A stretch of 64,000 bases of DNA from Trichoplax adhaerens (taxonomy: Eukaryota > Animalia > Placozoa). Position 1 is the first letter of the stretch, and each line of letters opens with the position of its first letter. Where the stretch lies: assembly GCF_000150275.1 (NCBI RefSeq), contig NW_002060947.1, positions 5,902,286-5,966,285 of the forward strand, read 5' to 3'. Below the pieces are notes generated by a model, which was given only the letters and a program-made list of their open reading frames with translations, had not been told where the DNA came from and did not search any database. The position numbers and the translations under genes were made by a program. This document shows, piece by piece, positions 1-13,457 of this stretch.

Positions 1-2062
1 CATATTTATAGGTCTACTGGTAAATCAATATGAAACTTCCAGGAGAAAGTATGTCTTCCCATAGATATCAACAAGTTCATCACAATTTACTAAAATATAG
101 AATATAGTAGTTTGATGAATTTACTGCAGACTGCTGCATCGGTATTATATTGCGAAGTAAAGGAATGAAAGGAATCTGTAATTGTTAAAATATTATTTAA
201 TCTAATATCGTTTAATAAAGGAAATTAAGGCTATAGTAATGATTGTATACCTGACGACAAAGATCTATTTGTAAAAGAAAATTCTCATCGCATATTTGTT
301 CATTTCAACCAAATAATAACAAAAGTATGATAAATCTATCTCTGATATTATGCAATCAACTAAAGATTGGATTTGTGGACATATTACCGATATATTTCAG
401 ATCCCTGTAAGCAATTAATTATTTTTGACATGCATACTGTAGTGTTTACTTTTAAATACGGTATAGTCTATTTTTAGCAAAAGTATTGGTTTTCGCTAGA
501 CTGTAGCATAACTCTAATTATCTACAGTATGATCTATAATTTACAATTTACTCTGTAGAAATGTCTTGTAGTCTAGCTAATATATACCGTTGTACTAGCT
601 TAACATAGAAGTAATTTATTTTTATGAATCTGTCGCGCCTATAAATAATTTCCTCCTGCTGTGCTCCTAACATTATAGAAGCTATCTTCTTTCACCTATC
701 TCGTTAGTTAGTTCTGGTAGTTAGACGGTAAGCTTGCACGCTTTACCCATTCTACGCTACTATAGTTATGCGACTAGACATGTCGTTACTCGCACGATAA
801 TTTTTGCACGATTATTCTCTTACAATAACTCAATAAAGGTTGCTCTTCTGTTAACTATTTTATTGTACTTTATTGCGACTAATGCCGAACTCTAAACCTT
901 CCGAAACATCATACATGCAGGCCCTAATAATTAATTTTTGCAATATTTAGTGATCCATCATTACCAATGAGTTCTAAGATTGAGATTTTAGTAGTGATGC
1001 ATCCGATCATACTAGGCTTCGACGTATTCCAACGATTTTTGAATATACTATCGTAAAATTAGCTTTGCATAGGATTCCAATAGCTGATGCATTGTATATT
1101 GATCAACGATGATCGATAGGTTCTAAAATAAAGAGTTTAATAGGAATGTATTTAAATGCAAAGGGCTAATAGAGACCCCAGTTCTTCAAATATATTACCG
1201 TGTAAATGTTATTGATGTATTGTTCTCATAAGCAACTCATGGACTAGCGATCCACCATTACCAGTAAGTTCTTGAATTGAGATTTGAAAAGCAGTTTCTT
1301 CCAATCCGTATCATTTCAACCGAATTGACTAAGCTAATAATAGTTATGTCTATATTATCCTGTCGGCGTTCAGTATCACATAGAAAGCTTCAATAATCAT
1401 TTAGAGTCATGTAATTCAAATAAATTGAAACAACATCATTTTCTCAATTTATACATAACAGCACAAATTGAAGAAAAATGACATGTAAACCCAATTCTCT
1501 GAGAATGCTAACTAAAACTATTGTCCTAGCCCTGTGTATCTATTACTAGGTTGATAAAAGATGACTGTAATAGAATAAAAGAATAAGTACGGGGTTGGAT
1601 TAACGGGAAAATATATTATGAATGCAATTTGGGTGATTGGATTAACTTTCTCTAAATTTCTCCCTTTTAAACAGCAAAGAATTGGTTATTTTATGACGAA
1701 GTCGATCGAAAACGGAGAAGTGAGAAGCAATGTTATTCATTTTTGATGATCATTAAGAGCTTCAAGCAAGTTAGTTACTTTAAATTATAAAGTAAAGATG
1801 AGTAATTGGTGAGCAAATTATATACTATTCATAACCACTTGAAAGAGCTTAATTTCAGAAAATAGCAAATATTTTAATGATACCTGTAATTTAATTTCCA
1901 AGCAACAATTACAGCAATATCTTTAAATTAAGTAATTACACATGTATCAATTTTAGGGTGATGTATTGGCTTGTAGTAATATCAAGACTCTGCTTTAGCT
2001 ATTAAATGTAGTTACTGCAGATCAATAGTGAGGATATTGATCTCTTTTAAGATTCTATCAAC

Positions 2063-2456
2063 TTTCTTGTATTGCTTTGTAGACTTCATTTGAACCGTTA
2101 AACTGCTCTGTAATTAGTCGATGGTGGTAGACGTATATAAAGTAAGTATCTTGAGAAAATAGTCAGATATAATGGTTGATTAATGGGATTACTTAATGAT
2201 CTATCTTAGAAATAACTATACGACTATTGCAGAGCTGAGATTCCTTCCATTTATAATTTAGCAATGAAAGTAATTTTTTCTTTTAAAATTATGCTAATTC
2301 CCTTGCTTTATATTGTAGACTTCTTTTAAACCTTAAAAATTGCTCATTAATTAGTTAAAGTAGTGCACATACATAAAGAAAGTATCTTGAGAAAATAATA
2401 AGCTATAAATTGTCAATTAAGTGGACTAGTCAGCGATCTATCTTAGAAATAGCTCC
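2063..2456. repeat. Diverged direct duplication (about 155-bp core, about 240-bp period) upstream of the first VAMP gene
   Basis: ttgtagacttc...aagtatcttgagaaaata...gatctatcttagaaata occurs at about 2077-2215 and 2314-2450. Confidence 0.8.
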
Positions 2457-3230
2457 AATAACTAGAAGGAGTCAATTTATGAGTACCAGCTTAAGGTAGT
2501 AAGTGAATGTAATCAGCCTTTAAACGAAGCAATGACTTTATCAACTTTCTCTATACTGGGTTGTTTACTAGATTTATACAACCTATTATCCTCGACAACG
2601 TTACAAATTTTAGAAGTTTTCAAGTTTTAAACTTGACTGGTAGAGACTACTAAAATAGCATCATATACTTCCCTCGGTATCCTATCATTTTCTATATGAT
2701 GTTGAATCTTGAGATATATTTAATTGATAAGGGCTGTAGTAGTATTCAAACTAGTTAACATATGGTTACTAATGAGTATTACTGTCGAAAACTTTCAATA
2801 ACATAACACAAATTTTGAGTAGCAATAATCTTTTAGTAGCATCTTGATTATTAAGGTTTAAAATAGCAATATGTTTTACGCCTTCAGCTTTACCTCACTA
2901 TATTGTGGAAGATAGATTTAGTCCCACATATAAAGCAACTAACTGGCACGGATCGGTTATAATTTTATTACTTGAATAATTTTATATCTTGCTTCATTTT
3001 TAGTTTACGTTCTGGTACGAAATAGCATCAATAATTAGTGTATCATAAACGCTAAGCTAATATCAATTCCATTATATCATGTCACAGCTCTCTCTCTTCA
3101 ATTTGCACTTTTCCATCTAATCCATTGCAAAAAATTCGAAACAATCAAAAAATTGACTTTGTCTTAAAAAGAAAAATAGCTCCAGAAATTAAAAGTTACC
3201 CACAAATAATATATCAGCAAACAAACCAGA

Positions 3231-3644
3231 ATGATGTTTAAACTAAATAAAGGCAAGAGATTGAAATCGAATCAATTTGGTGGTATTGAGAACGGTAATG
3301 GGAATACTAACAGGTCTAAAGTAAATGTTAGTTATTCCTGTCCTGAAAAACTCCATCAATTAACTACGGAATGCGAAGAAACCGAGAAAATACTTAGAAA
3401 TTCTACGGAAATGCTTTTAGAAAACCATGAAAACATGGATATTTTATTAACGAGAGCAAGAACGCTATCCAATGATGCTGAGAAGATGAAGAAAATAGCT
3501 CAAAAGGTAAAGAAACATAAAATGGAAATAAATCGTATAGCTTGTTGCTGCGATTGTTGTAAAAGCCGTAAGACATTGATTATTATTATCGTCTTTACGA
3601 TCATTATTATATCGTTGATTGTCTTGCTATTACTTATTCGTTAA
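3231..3644 (+). CDS. Synaptobrevin/VAMP-like R-SNARE (divergent, single coding exon), tail-anchored
   Basis: 137 aa ORF. SNARE heptad motif KLHQLTTECEETEKILRNSTEMLLENHENMDILLTRARTLSNDAEKMKKIAQKVKK aligns with the synaptobrevin coil. It is followed by CCCDCC and a C-terminal hydrophobic helix (LIIIIVFTIIIISLIVLLLLI). Confidence 0.8.
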   Translation: MMFKLNKGKRLKSNQFGGIENGNGNTNRSKVNVSYSCPEKLHQLTTECEETEKILRNSTEMLLENHENMDILLTRARTLSNDAEKMKKIAQKVKKHKMEINRIACCCDCCKSRKTLIIIIVFTIIIISLIVLLLLIR

Positions 3645-6074
3645 ATAAGATAATGGTTCTATTTGTCTCAGCTGGTTTACCTCCCTATTTACTATAAAAT
3701 AATACTATTGTAGTTTGCAGTCATATATCATGGATATTCCAGATTCAAAGCTTATTACAAAGTTTATTGTATACTTCCACTGTCTCCCCCACCTCATCAA
3801 AGCTGACTTATACATGAAATTGATACATCAGACCGTAATATTAAACTATAATACATTACCTAGATCATCTAAACACTATTTACTTATGATATTTATGAAA
3901 AAATTTGTAATCATAATCATCTGATTCAAACACTTATTTACTAGATCTGTAGTATATAAAGCATTATGATTATGTCCCGTTTTAATGACTAATTCAATTT
4001 ATGAATTCATTGCAACTATATTTGATGGTATGATACTGCATAAATTGGTATTTGTTGGTATATGTTAAAGAGTAATCTAGTTAAGACTACAATAATGAGA
4101 TACAATTTACTTGTAATTGGTAACCGTCACAGCGAATATGTTTACCTGATAATATTTCGTATACGCGAATTTTATGTTCTAAATGACGGCTATATTTTAT
4201 TTGTAGGCTATCTTTGTAATTTCATTTGTTTAAGCCTTTCATTTCTGCCAATTTATAAGTGACTAAAATTGCAAGAATTTTGTAGAAATTGATCTTGTGG
4301 ATCTTGTATTATTGAACTCTGTAATAAATAACTTAGTATCGTTAAATTTTGTGTGGTTTTTGGGTATATTATTACAGGTATGGTTATAAAGTACGACTAG
4401 CAATCATACTTAAGCAATTTATGCCTGTCCGTCTTTCTAGAATAATTTATTAATTTGCATAAGTACAGAAATCATAGCAATCTGTTTCCCTTAATTTCTC
4501 CTTCGTAATCGATTCTATTAACAGCTGAGAAAGGATATCAATTATGGACTAGGTTAACTCAAATTATTACAAATGGGCAGTGGTAGTAAGATAGATCGAG
4601 ATATGTCAACTATACTGGTATACAAGATAAGATATTAATGGCTAATAAGTTAAAGCAACTATTATACGATATATTATACCCGTATCTCTTACTGAAATCA
4701 TCCATAACCAATCTTGTCTATTACTAATACTGCTATAGTATGCAGCAGAATATTTGTAGCTATCAGTAAACTTTAATCATGAAACGTTAGTTAATTTCAA
4801 TCTACCAGAAATTTAACGATAAGAAGATTAGCATTAGCAGCACGAGAATTTGCCTTAATTTACTCGTATCTCTCCCTTAATTGAGCAAAAATAATATTCA
4901 GGTTTGAAATGGTTTGATATAAAATTTAACAAATAAAATTGCAATGGCTCATGATTACTAGAACTTTACCATGTTAGTCACCGTAAGTTACGGTATATTT
5001 CTGAGTAAAATCTGACCAAGTAAGACGATTTTTAAATTTAACAAGGTGAGCATCCTGATCTATTCATGTTTATAACCGCTTAACTGAATTAAGTTTCTAA
5101 TACTATTTCATTATAAATTGTTTCTCAGATTTTGTTTTGATTATTTATCGCATTATTAGTAAAATTGTATCTATTATTTATTCTACTCATTAAACTTCAT
5201 ATTCTGTTCTATTTAACCCTTGTATATCCAAGTTCTATGTAACAATCCGCTACAAGCTGGGTCCATAGGCGCCGATGAAAAGGCGATTTTAATTAGTTCT
5301 ACGAGATTGCTGCAGTAGAAACAAACATTCACTCCTGTCGCTATAACAAGTAGAGTCAAGTAATTATTATTTTCCATTTCCTGCTATATCTCTATTAATA
5401 AAGTAGAAAATTTAGATAATTACGAGCATCTTTATACTTTCGAAAGTTAAAATTACTTTATCAAAGGAATTATCTTATGAAAGTAGTGTCTTATTTACCT
5501 ATCAGAAAAAGATAGATTCAAGAAGAAATAACAATTGCAATTATCGCCGATATTTTCAAGCTCATCGAGAACTAATATTAAAGATATTAATGCAGAAACA
5601 TTGTCATATTTACATGTTGGAAAGTAAAAGATTGAATGATGATAGTACTGAAGTTAGCAAGATCGACAAGTTAGCTTTAAATGATGTGAAAATTCCACAA
5701 GATCATTATTTGTTAACTTAAGTAAACGTTCTCAGCACATTCTCAAGTCAAGCTTGGTACTAGATCTCGAAATCGTTAACTTCGTCTAAGATTTAAATAT
5801 CATCATTACAATTGTTATCTGTTGTGATTAAAATCCTTCAGGAAAGATTTTCTAAGCAGATTTATAAAGCAAAAAACATTACTATAGAAGAAGCAACTTT
5901 ATTACTGCTCTATTCTATTCCTGGCTAACAAGCAAACTGGAAAATTGAATCAAACCTTTTAGCTTAAGGTACAGTCACAAATGAAATAATCTTATGACAT
6001 AAGTATATATCATACATCGTACTTTTTATTTATAAATTTTATGCATTATTCCATCATAACGAAGAATTCGAAGA

Positions 6075-6488
6075 ATGGTTAAAAATCATATTGCAAAGCT
6101 AATACATGCCATAACCAAGCGTAGGGAATCATCATCTGAAATTAGAAATGTACCAGTTGACGATGCCCGAGAAGATGAACCAAACCCCAATCAACCAAGT
6201 ATACAGGATCTACGTAATAATATCGATGATACTAAAAAGCAATTAAATGAAAATATGGCAAAGATAACAGAAAGAAATGAAAGTCTTGATAACGTGAGAA
6301 AGAGATCCGACACAGTAGTATCTATTTCTAGTGAATTATTTGATACCATTGATAATGTTAAAAGAAATGAGGAGCGATCATCTAAGCGTTGGTCCTTGTG
6401 CAACTGGAATAGAAACCGTCTCTTTATCGCTATCGCTGTTTTAATAGCTGTTGGTGTTATTACATTTTTTACAATCGTATCCACTTAA
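6075..6488 (+). CDS. Synaptobrevin/VAMP-like R-SNARE (single coding exon), tail-anchored
   Basis: 137 aa ORF. IQDLRNNIDDTKKQLNENMAKITERNESLDNVRKRSDTV has the canonical zero-layer Arg (R67), juxtamembrane W residues and a C-terminal TM helix (LFIAIAVLIAVGVITFFTIV). Confidence 0.85.
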   Translation: MVKNHIAKLIHAITKRRESSSEIRNVPVDDAREDEPNPNQPSIQDLRNNIDDTKKQLNENMAKITERNESLDNVRKRSDTVVSISSELFDTIDNVKRNEERSSKRWSLCNWNRNRLFIAIAVLIAVGVITFFTIVST

Positions 6489-8027
6489 AGCTATCTTTAA
6501 GTAGTACAGGCATGGCCTGCGTCAGTTTACATTTATATTGGTCAAGAATAAAAACAAACTCTGTAATTTTATGGTGAGCTTCTGTGTTTGCCATTAAATT
6601 CAGATTACAATGATTGTTTATGTATCAATTGGACCAATAGAAATAATACAGTACTTGATTTCATTTAGTGCAGGCAACTTAATCGACTAGTGAAAGTACT
6701 CCTATTTTTTTGCCACAGTTTTATGTTAGATAATCTGTTAGTAGAATGAGCTACTCGGAATTATTGAAATATTTTATTTTCTCAAAATATTGATAAAGAG
6801 CAAGGCATTGTGTTACAGTTATTTATTTGCTAGTCCATGACCGAAGAAATATTAGATAAAATACGCTTACATTTGCATTTTCTCGCCTGACATATTTATG
6901 CTCTATTTCATACTTCATTTTGCTATGGACGAACCATGTCCGAAATTAAAGCTTTACCCAATGCTTAGATAGATTTGCTAACCCTTAATGTACTCCAAGT
7001 CTTGATAGTATTTAATAATTTATAATTACACCTAAATGCAGATGTACCATCTTTGATACTGTATGATACTTCTAGCGTAAACTAGTAGTCAGAAATCAAA
7101 TATAAGTGATTACAGGATACTGTAATGGAACACTTATATCGACTCCAATTTTTTTGTCAAAGAATGACTTTTAATGATCTAATAAAACGATTTTAAACTT
7201 AGTGAATAGTATATAAGTTACCGACAATTTGCGAAATCAAGCATTTTGTAAAATGCCTGAAATGCTATAAGATATACTTCCCCTATCCACTAACTTTGAG
7301 GCGTATCCCATTCAAGGTAACTTATTAGAGATATATAAGTAAGTAGATAGGATAGCAATAAAATAATTTATGAGACCTTTATGGTATTAGATCTTCGACT
7401 AAGGTGATGGTTCATTCTATTCAAATCTGATGCACGGTAAGTTAATGAAGGAATTACCATTATCTCCATCATTCGTACAAATCAAGAAAGCAATTCGCAA
7501 TCAAGTATTTTTACTAAAATTTTAATATCAGAAGGTAGTTTATAATTTCGGTGCCATGTTAGCAACTTTATGTGCATTGTATAAATAGTAAACTTTTAAG
7601 ACTGTTTAAGTACAAGAATTTAAGGTATACGCGTTGATATTAGAGTTCTTAAAACAAGTGTTCTTGGCCTCCAAACAGCAGTGTGAAATCCGTAGACAGA
7701 ATCCTGATTATAACTTTTAATTTAGACAATACAGCGTACACAAGTTTGATTTCAAAAGTTATTTATTGTCCTCAGATATATATACAAAAATGTACATCAC
7801 ATTCCTTCTTAATACGATACTGCTACAACTGCATCAGTGCAAGAGGAAATAATCCAAGTCGAATGCAAGTAACCACAGATTATTACTTATAATTTGCGAT
7901 AATACAGGTATAATCTTAAAGAAATAGAGATCTGACCAAAATCGTAATCACCTCATGCAAAAGTATTCTGTAGTAATCTGTCCAAATAAATTACAATCTA
8001 AGTTGGTGTAAGATATTATAGAAGAAA

Positions 8028-11000
8028 TCATCTTGATCGAATATTACGCTGTCGATCTTGCCATCCTTTATATTTATTTATTGCGACGTTAATCATCTCC
8101 AGTAAATGATCGGCAAGCTAAGTAAGAAGTACAAAAGTTTAGGTTAATAAGATGACGAAGAAAAATAGCAAGAGTACGAATTTCCAATAAAAAATCTTAA
8201 TAAAAAAAGGTGTTTCCGCTCTCACATGCGAGTGTTCTTCAGTTAAAGAGGCCTTAAGTCGCTGTAAATTACTAGACTTATACTTTGAGATTGCAGCGGC
8301 CATTCTCTCAACCTGGATCAAAGTGGAAAACATAATCAGTATCCAGCATTGCTACGGCAAGAAACCTATAAAAGTCTGAGTAATGTTAAAGATTGACAAA
8401 TTTATAAACCTTTTCTTCTAAGCCTTTCGATTGTACGGGAAAGCAAGACCAAAAATGTCGGAGTAATTCTCCCAAGGCAAAGTAATGTTTTTTAAGGTCA
8501 TCCTGCAGTGACTGGCTGACCGATTCTAATTTAGTAAAAAGAGAGCATTTAAGTAATGACGTTGGAAGGAAATAAAGCCATTAGCCAGAGAACTTACGAG
8601 TTAAGTTTACTTGTAACACAGACTTCATTAAAGCACCATTAGGACTTAAATCGTTTACAGCCTTACACGCTGCCTCACTGCTGATACACTGCAAATTGTA
8701 ATTAATCACACCAATAAAAATTTTAGTTAATATTTCTATTAATACGTGAAGCGTAAAATGTACCTCAACAAGGTTAGCAGACCAATTCTTTAGTTTTGAT
8801 TTAAGATTAGATGTAGCTACTTCAACATCGCTTTGTGATATTACTGTAACATCCTGTTAGGATAAAACGTGTTATTTTTAACCCTCATCACCTTAAGACA
8901 TTTTCACAGTAATCTTCAGGTATTATTGTTTTACTAATGGTCATCCTAACAGACCTGAATTGGAACTGTTGGTCCTTGGGCATAAACCTGTGTGTTTTTC
9001 AATGCTAACTTCGGCCCAAGATCAGCATCTTTCCCGTGCAATTCATCATAACTTACGGCTTCACGTAATTTGATCTATGCAGAAACGAACGATATTTTAC
9101 TTACAGGGGATGATGAAAGTATTAATTGAACGCATTACCTTCTTTCTATCTTTTTGTGTGTCTGAATCGTTTTGTTCCTTGTCACTATGCACGAGTACGT
9201 ATATAACTCTAATCAATAGTGTATCTCTTATATCTTTGATGCTAGTTTACCAAAGCAATAAGGTTATTTTGCGTACCGTTTTTCGCCAGAATGAAGTATT
9301 ACATAGCTCTGATGATTAAATTGCTGTAGTAATTGGGCATTACTGGTAGTGGCGGCTGATTGTCCATCTATATCATTAGTGCCAAATGCCTAAAACAGAT
9401 TTAAGACGGTAAAGTTGATGTATTATATCACCACTCAAGCCTAAAGTGTCAGCTGGCATAATTACAAATTCATTTATCTACCTCATCTAAAAATGTATTC
9501 GATTTCGTTAAATCTAATAACGGATCACGCTCACTCCGGGCATTTTTTTGCAAGTAATCTATGTAAATTAACGTAGCAATCATTGTCACCAATTTATTAA
9601 TAAGTAACATCTGATTTTTGATCCACTGCAAGAATGAAGTTTTATGTAGAGTTGTATAAGCTACCATTAAAGTCCTTGCTTGCACCACTTCCGAACAGTT
9701 CGTTGGCGGCATTATTCGATGTGCTTGCTCGGTTACGATGAAAATATTGCGATTGAAAAAATAATGTCCAAAATTCTCCTTCATTCATCTATGAAGTATT
9801 GTAATCAAGTACCAAATTATACTACATACAAGCTTAAATATATTGCACTGCCGTACACTGGCATTCATGTACTTTAATTAGGATACAACATAAAGAAATT
9901 AACAATCTATTTTAAGTTACCTTGTCAGGAACACATTCTATATGCTTTTTCTTAACTAAAAACATGAGCAAATAGTAACAAATTATTTTAAACTATATAT
10001 CGTGCTACAGATTTAACATGAATGAAGCGATTGGCTTACTATCCATAATTAATGCATTAAAATCAGTTAGTCAAGGTATTGAAGTTATTACCTTTCGGAT
10101 ACGTCTTAAATATTGATTCTATCATATCGGCACTTAAATTATACTTTAATGTATTACATCCAGAAACATTAACATTGGCCCCAGTCTAAATGATGACAGC
10201 AAATTTAAGTACTTAAAGATGAGAGTTCCTACACGCGTATATATATTCATTATAGAAGCACGCTTGTATATGTTTTAATATATATGAATCGGTAACCATA
10301 CCAAGAATTCTGGAGAAACTCCAATATTTTGGCCTGATGACGAAGTGAGCATACCCTAATATGTAAATATATTTATTAGTTAGAATTTACGACAATGGAA
10401 ATGTGGCCATACGGCAAAGACCTCACAACCTAACAAAACTGTACAGAAAGAAGCTAGAGCAAATTTTAATAATAGCAAAACTTGTATCAGACATGAATTT
10501 AAATTATGAGACATAACTGACGCAGAAATAGTATTTTAGAAATGTAGGAAGGGTTCGATAAAGCTTTATTTTGTTTAAGTTAAAATAAAACAAGTAAAGA
10601 CATAACAATTTTTTAACAACTGCCGCAATTTCAAGAACAGATCATGTTAACCTGAATATTAAATTATAGGATAATTATAATTAGCTAAAGCTATCCAATA
10701 GCAATCCATTCTCTACTTGGTAGTAAGGTCATATTATCCAGATAACTTTTAAGTACTAGTACTGGCCTAGCCTTAGAATAGTGGGAGACGGAAAATTTTA
10801 GACACAATGATTCTAACGCATTTTGAAGTCAATTATCGGATAGACGATTGCCATTAATATACTCTAGTTAATCATGCACAGAAGCAAAACACCTAAAATA
10901 CGTTAAAAAGATCCAAAGCAGTTAAGCCATTTATGTTCTCCAGTCGATAATATAATCAAAAGTTGACTAATTTACTACGATCCATTAGACTACAGACTGT

Positions 11001-11967
11001 AAGCAGACTTCATATATACTGCAAATAAATAGAGCGGAATTATTTCAAGCGGCTACTACGCACTGTAGGTAGTTTTGATAGAAATGTCGTCAGACAGTCA
11101 GAGTTTGTTTGCATGTATGTCTAATATTCGAAAATAACTTACAGAACGATTAGACCAAAATTCCTCAGCACTTATAATATTTCCAACTACTAAATCTTTG
11201 TATAATTGGTACAATTCAGGATTTTCCTTTAATAGCCTAAAAGAAGATTGAGACGATAATAAGCGTTCTGTTAGAGTTGAGTTTGATCGAAATTTGCTAT
11301 GAAATTCTAGCATGCATTCAATGCACCATCAGGGCGATCTATTTGCTCGATTCTATACGAATTATTATTAACGTTGTACCTGCTTTTTTCTTCTAATTCT
11401 TTGGAAGGTTTCTTTCGACTTTTAATTAACAGCTGTTGTACAAAATCTTTCGCTTGATCTCGTTCTGTTTTAGCACTATCGCTATTGGCAAAGTGGAAAT
11501 TGAATGAATTCCCGTTGTGGAGCTGCAATTGCAATTGCACTTTGGAGCTGGTATCAGGGCTTATTTTTTGCACTATATTTGAAGCAAGGAACCATACCAA
11601 CAAAGGTTATTTCAATTAGCGAACTCGTTCTGACTACCTACTACTTTCATTACTGAGGTAATAACAGTCCTATATAATCATAATTTAAGGCAAGATAATC
11701 TTGTCACTACGTTAAATAGTAATAAAATTGTAGAAAACAAGGCTATAACATATCGTCAGCATGCCATCACCATTCCATCATCAACTTGAGATTGTACAGC
11801 AAGAACTCACTTTTAATCTCCGGATAATAACTACATAACTGTAGCTCATCATTATCACTGGCTTTCCAAACAATTCGCTTTGTCGATAAAAAGAAGGTAC
11901 CCATCATTTTGCGATGTTTAACATAGGTATTTTGATAAAGCAGCTCTTCATCCTTGGCCAACTCCAT
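8028..11967 (-). CDS. GTF2H1: General transcription factor IIH subunit 1 (p62/Tfb1), multi-exon
   Basis: Spliced reading: [11 protein letters not shown]...YYPEIK|[28 protein letters not shown] (PH domain); [30 protein letters not shown] (BSD1); [18 protein letters not shown] / [16 protein letters not shown] (BSD2); [11 protein letters not shown] near the C-terminus. GT-AG introns; TGA stop at 8028-8030. Confidence 0.93.
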
Positions 11968-13457
11968 CTTGTTTTCACTCTGTCCCTCGATTCCTACTTT
12001 TGGCAGTATTGCCGTAAGTAGTACGGTACGGTACAGTACACTCTCCTTACAGTCAGAGTGGAGAGAGTAAAATACTGTAGCCAAATCTTCTACAGTACAT
12101 GCGTCATAGTAGAATTAGATAAAAGCCTACGTCCCATACTGTACTGTATTGCTAGAGTGAAGGTTTACGACTGTACTCTGTCTATCCTAAGATGCCCCAT
12201 ACTATACTGCGCTCTACAACGCTCTGTATACGGCAGATGATGTCGATGTCAGAGCAACATCAACATTTTAGATTTCCTAGACTACTCACAACACCTAAGT
12301 TAGTTTTATTAAAGGATAGGCCTTGTCGAAAAGATACAGTATGAGCGCTAAAGCATTGCTTAATAGAAATCGTTTCATGAGATAAGCTGTATTATTAATA
12401 TTTTTATATAATTATCATCGGCCACTCACCCAACACTGAACAATTGTCAACATATCATCGACTACAACAGTATACGAGTACAGTATTGTGTTTTTAAATT
12501 ACTCCCTTGATCAATGAATTCCATGAAAATTTATAGGATAATAATTATAATTAATAATAAATCAACCCATTCATCTGTTCCTTGCCGAATCATGCATAGG
12601 ACAGCAACGTTAATTTCGTTTTCGATATACGCGTAGTCTATAAACTTATTAACGTGAATCGGAAGGAGAACAGAAGTAATCCAAGTGTTGATATGCTGTA
12701 GGAAACTACGTATTACAGTATACTTAAGATCACCTCCTCATCGGTTTTTTTAACATTAGTCTTGTAAATGCTTCTCACTATTTAATAATAATTATCACTG
12801 TAATACGTATGTTAAAATCAAATCAAATCTATACCATAACTTAGTTATGCTAAGTGCTTAGTGCGATTATAATTTGCTATTCAGCATACGTCAAAGCGAT
12901 AGTCACAAACGTGCTTAGAAACAGGCTGGCGTAGCCAATAATAATTAATTAATACATTTGAATTGAAACTTATACATTATACAGTATATAGAGAGAGATT
13001 TTATTTATTCGTACGATACAGTGTACATCCTTGCAACACGTACAGTTTCTTTAAACGGTACTGCTAAACGCCTAGAGTTGTATACGCACGGTAAATTTAT
13101 CGAAATATCACAAAGTTAGTATTAACATTACCCCATACGAAGCGTCGGCAACAAGTTTTCCAGCATAAACAATATATTTGCCCCTTTTTAAGCAAAAACT
13201 TAAATGATAGCTCATACGAGTATATATATATACACACGACGATATATTTTTATACCAACGCAAATATTTGCAAATCGCTATATCTACTACTGATAAGATC
13301 ATCTTTCAGTATTAATCGAATAGCTATCCGCCAGGCTCATACTAGTAATTATCAAAGTATAAACAACAATTAATGGATCCGCTATAGGATCATCATGCAT
13401 CAAATGTGATCACCTAAGTGAGAAAAATATGAGGTAATCACTATGAAGGTATTTCGT

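Noticed and set aside
1-410. Possible spliced minus-strand exons at the window start (intron about 177-250)
   Set aside because: All frames contain stops and no product is recognisable; cannot be supported without flanking sequence or RNA data.
3715-4262. Short + strand ORFs after the first VAMP and other 60-90 aa intergenic or intronic ORFs
   Set aside because: Low-complexity I/L/Y/F-rich translations typical of AT-rich non-coding DNA.
6191-6484. Antisense ORF over the second VAMP (and similar antisense or alternate-frame ORFs at 24974, 26028, 28445, 41770, 63048)
   Set aside because: Shadow ORFs of genuine coding exons.
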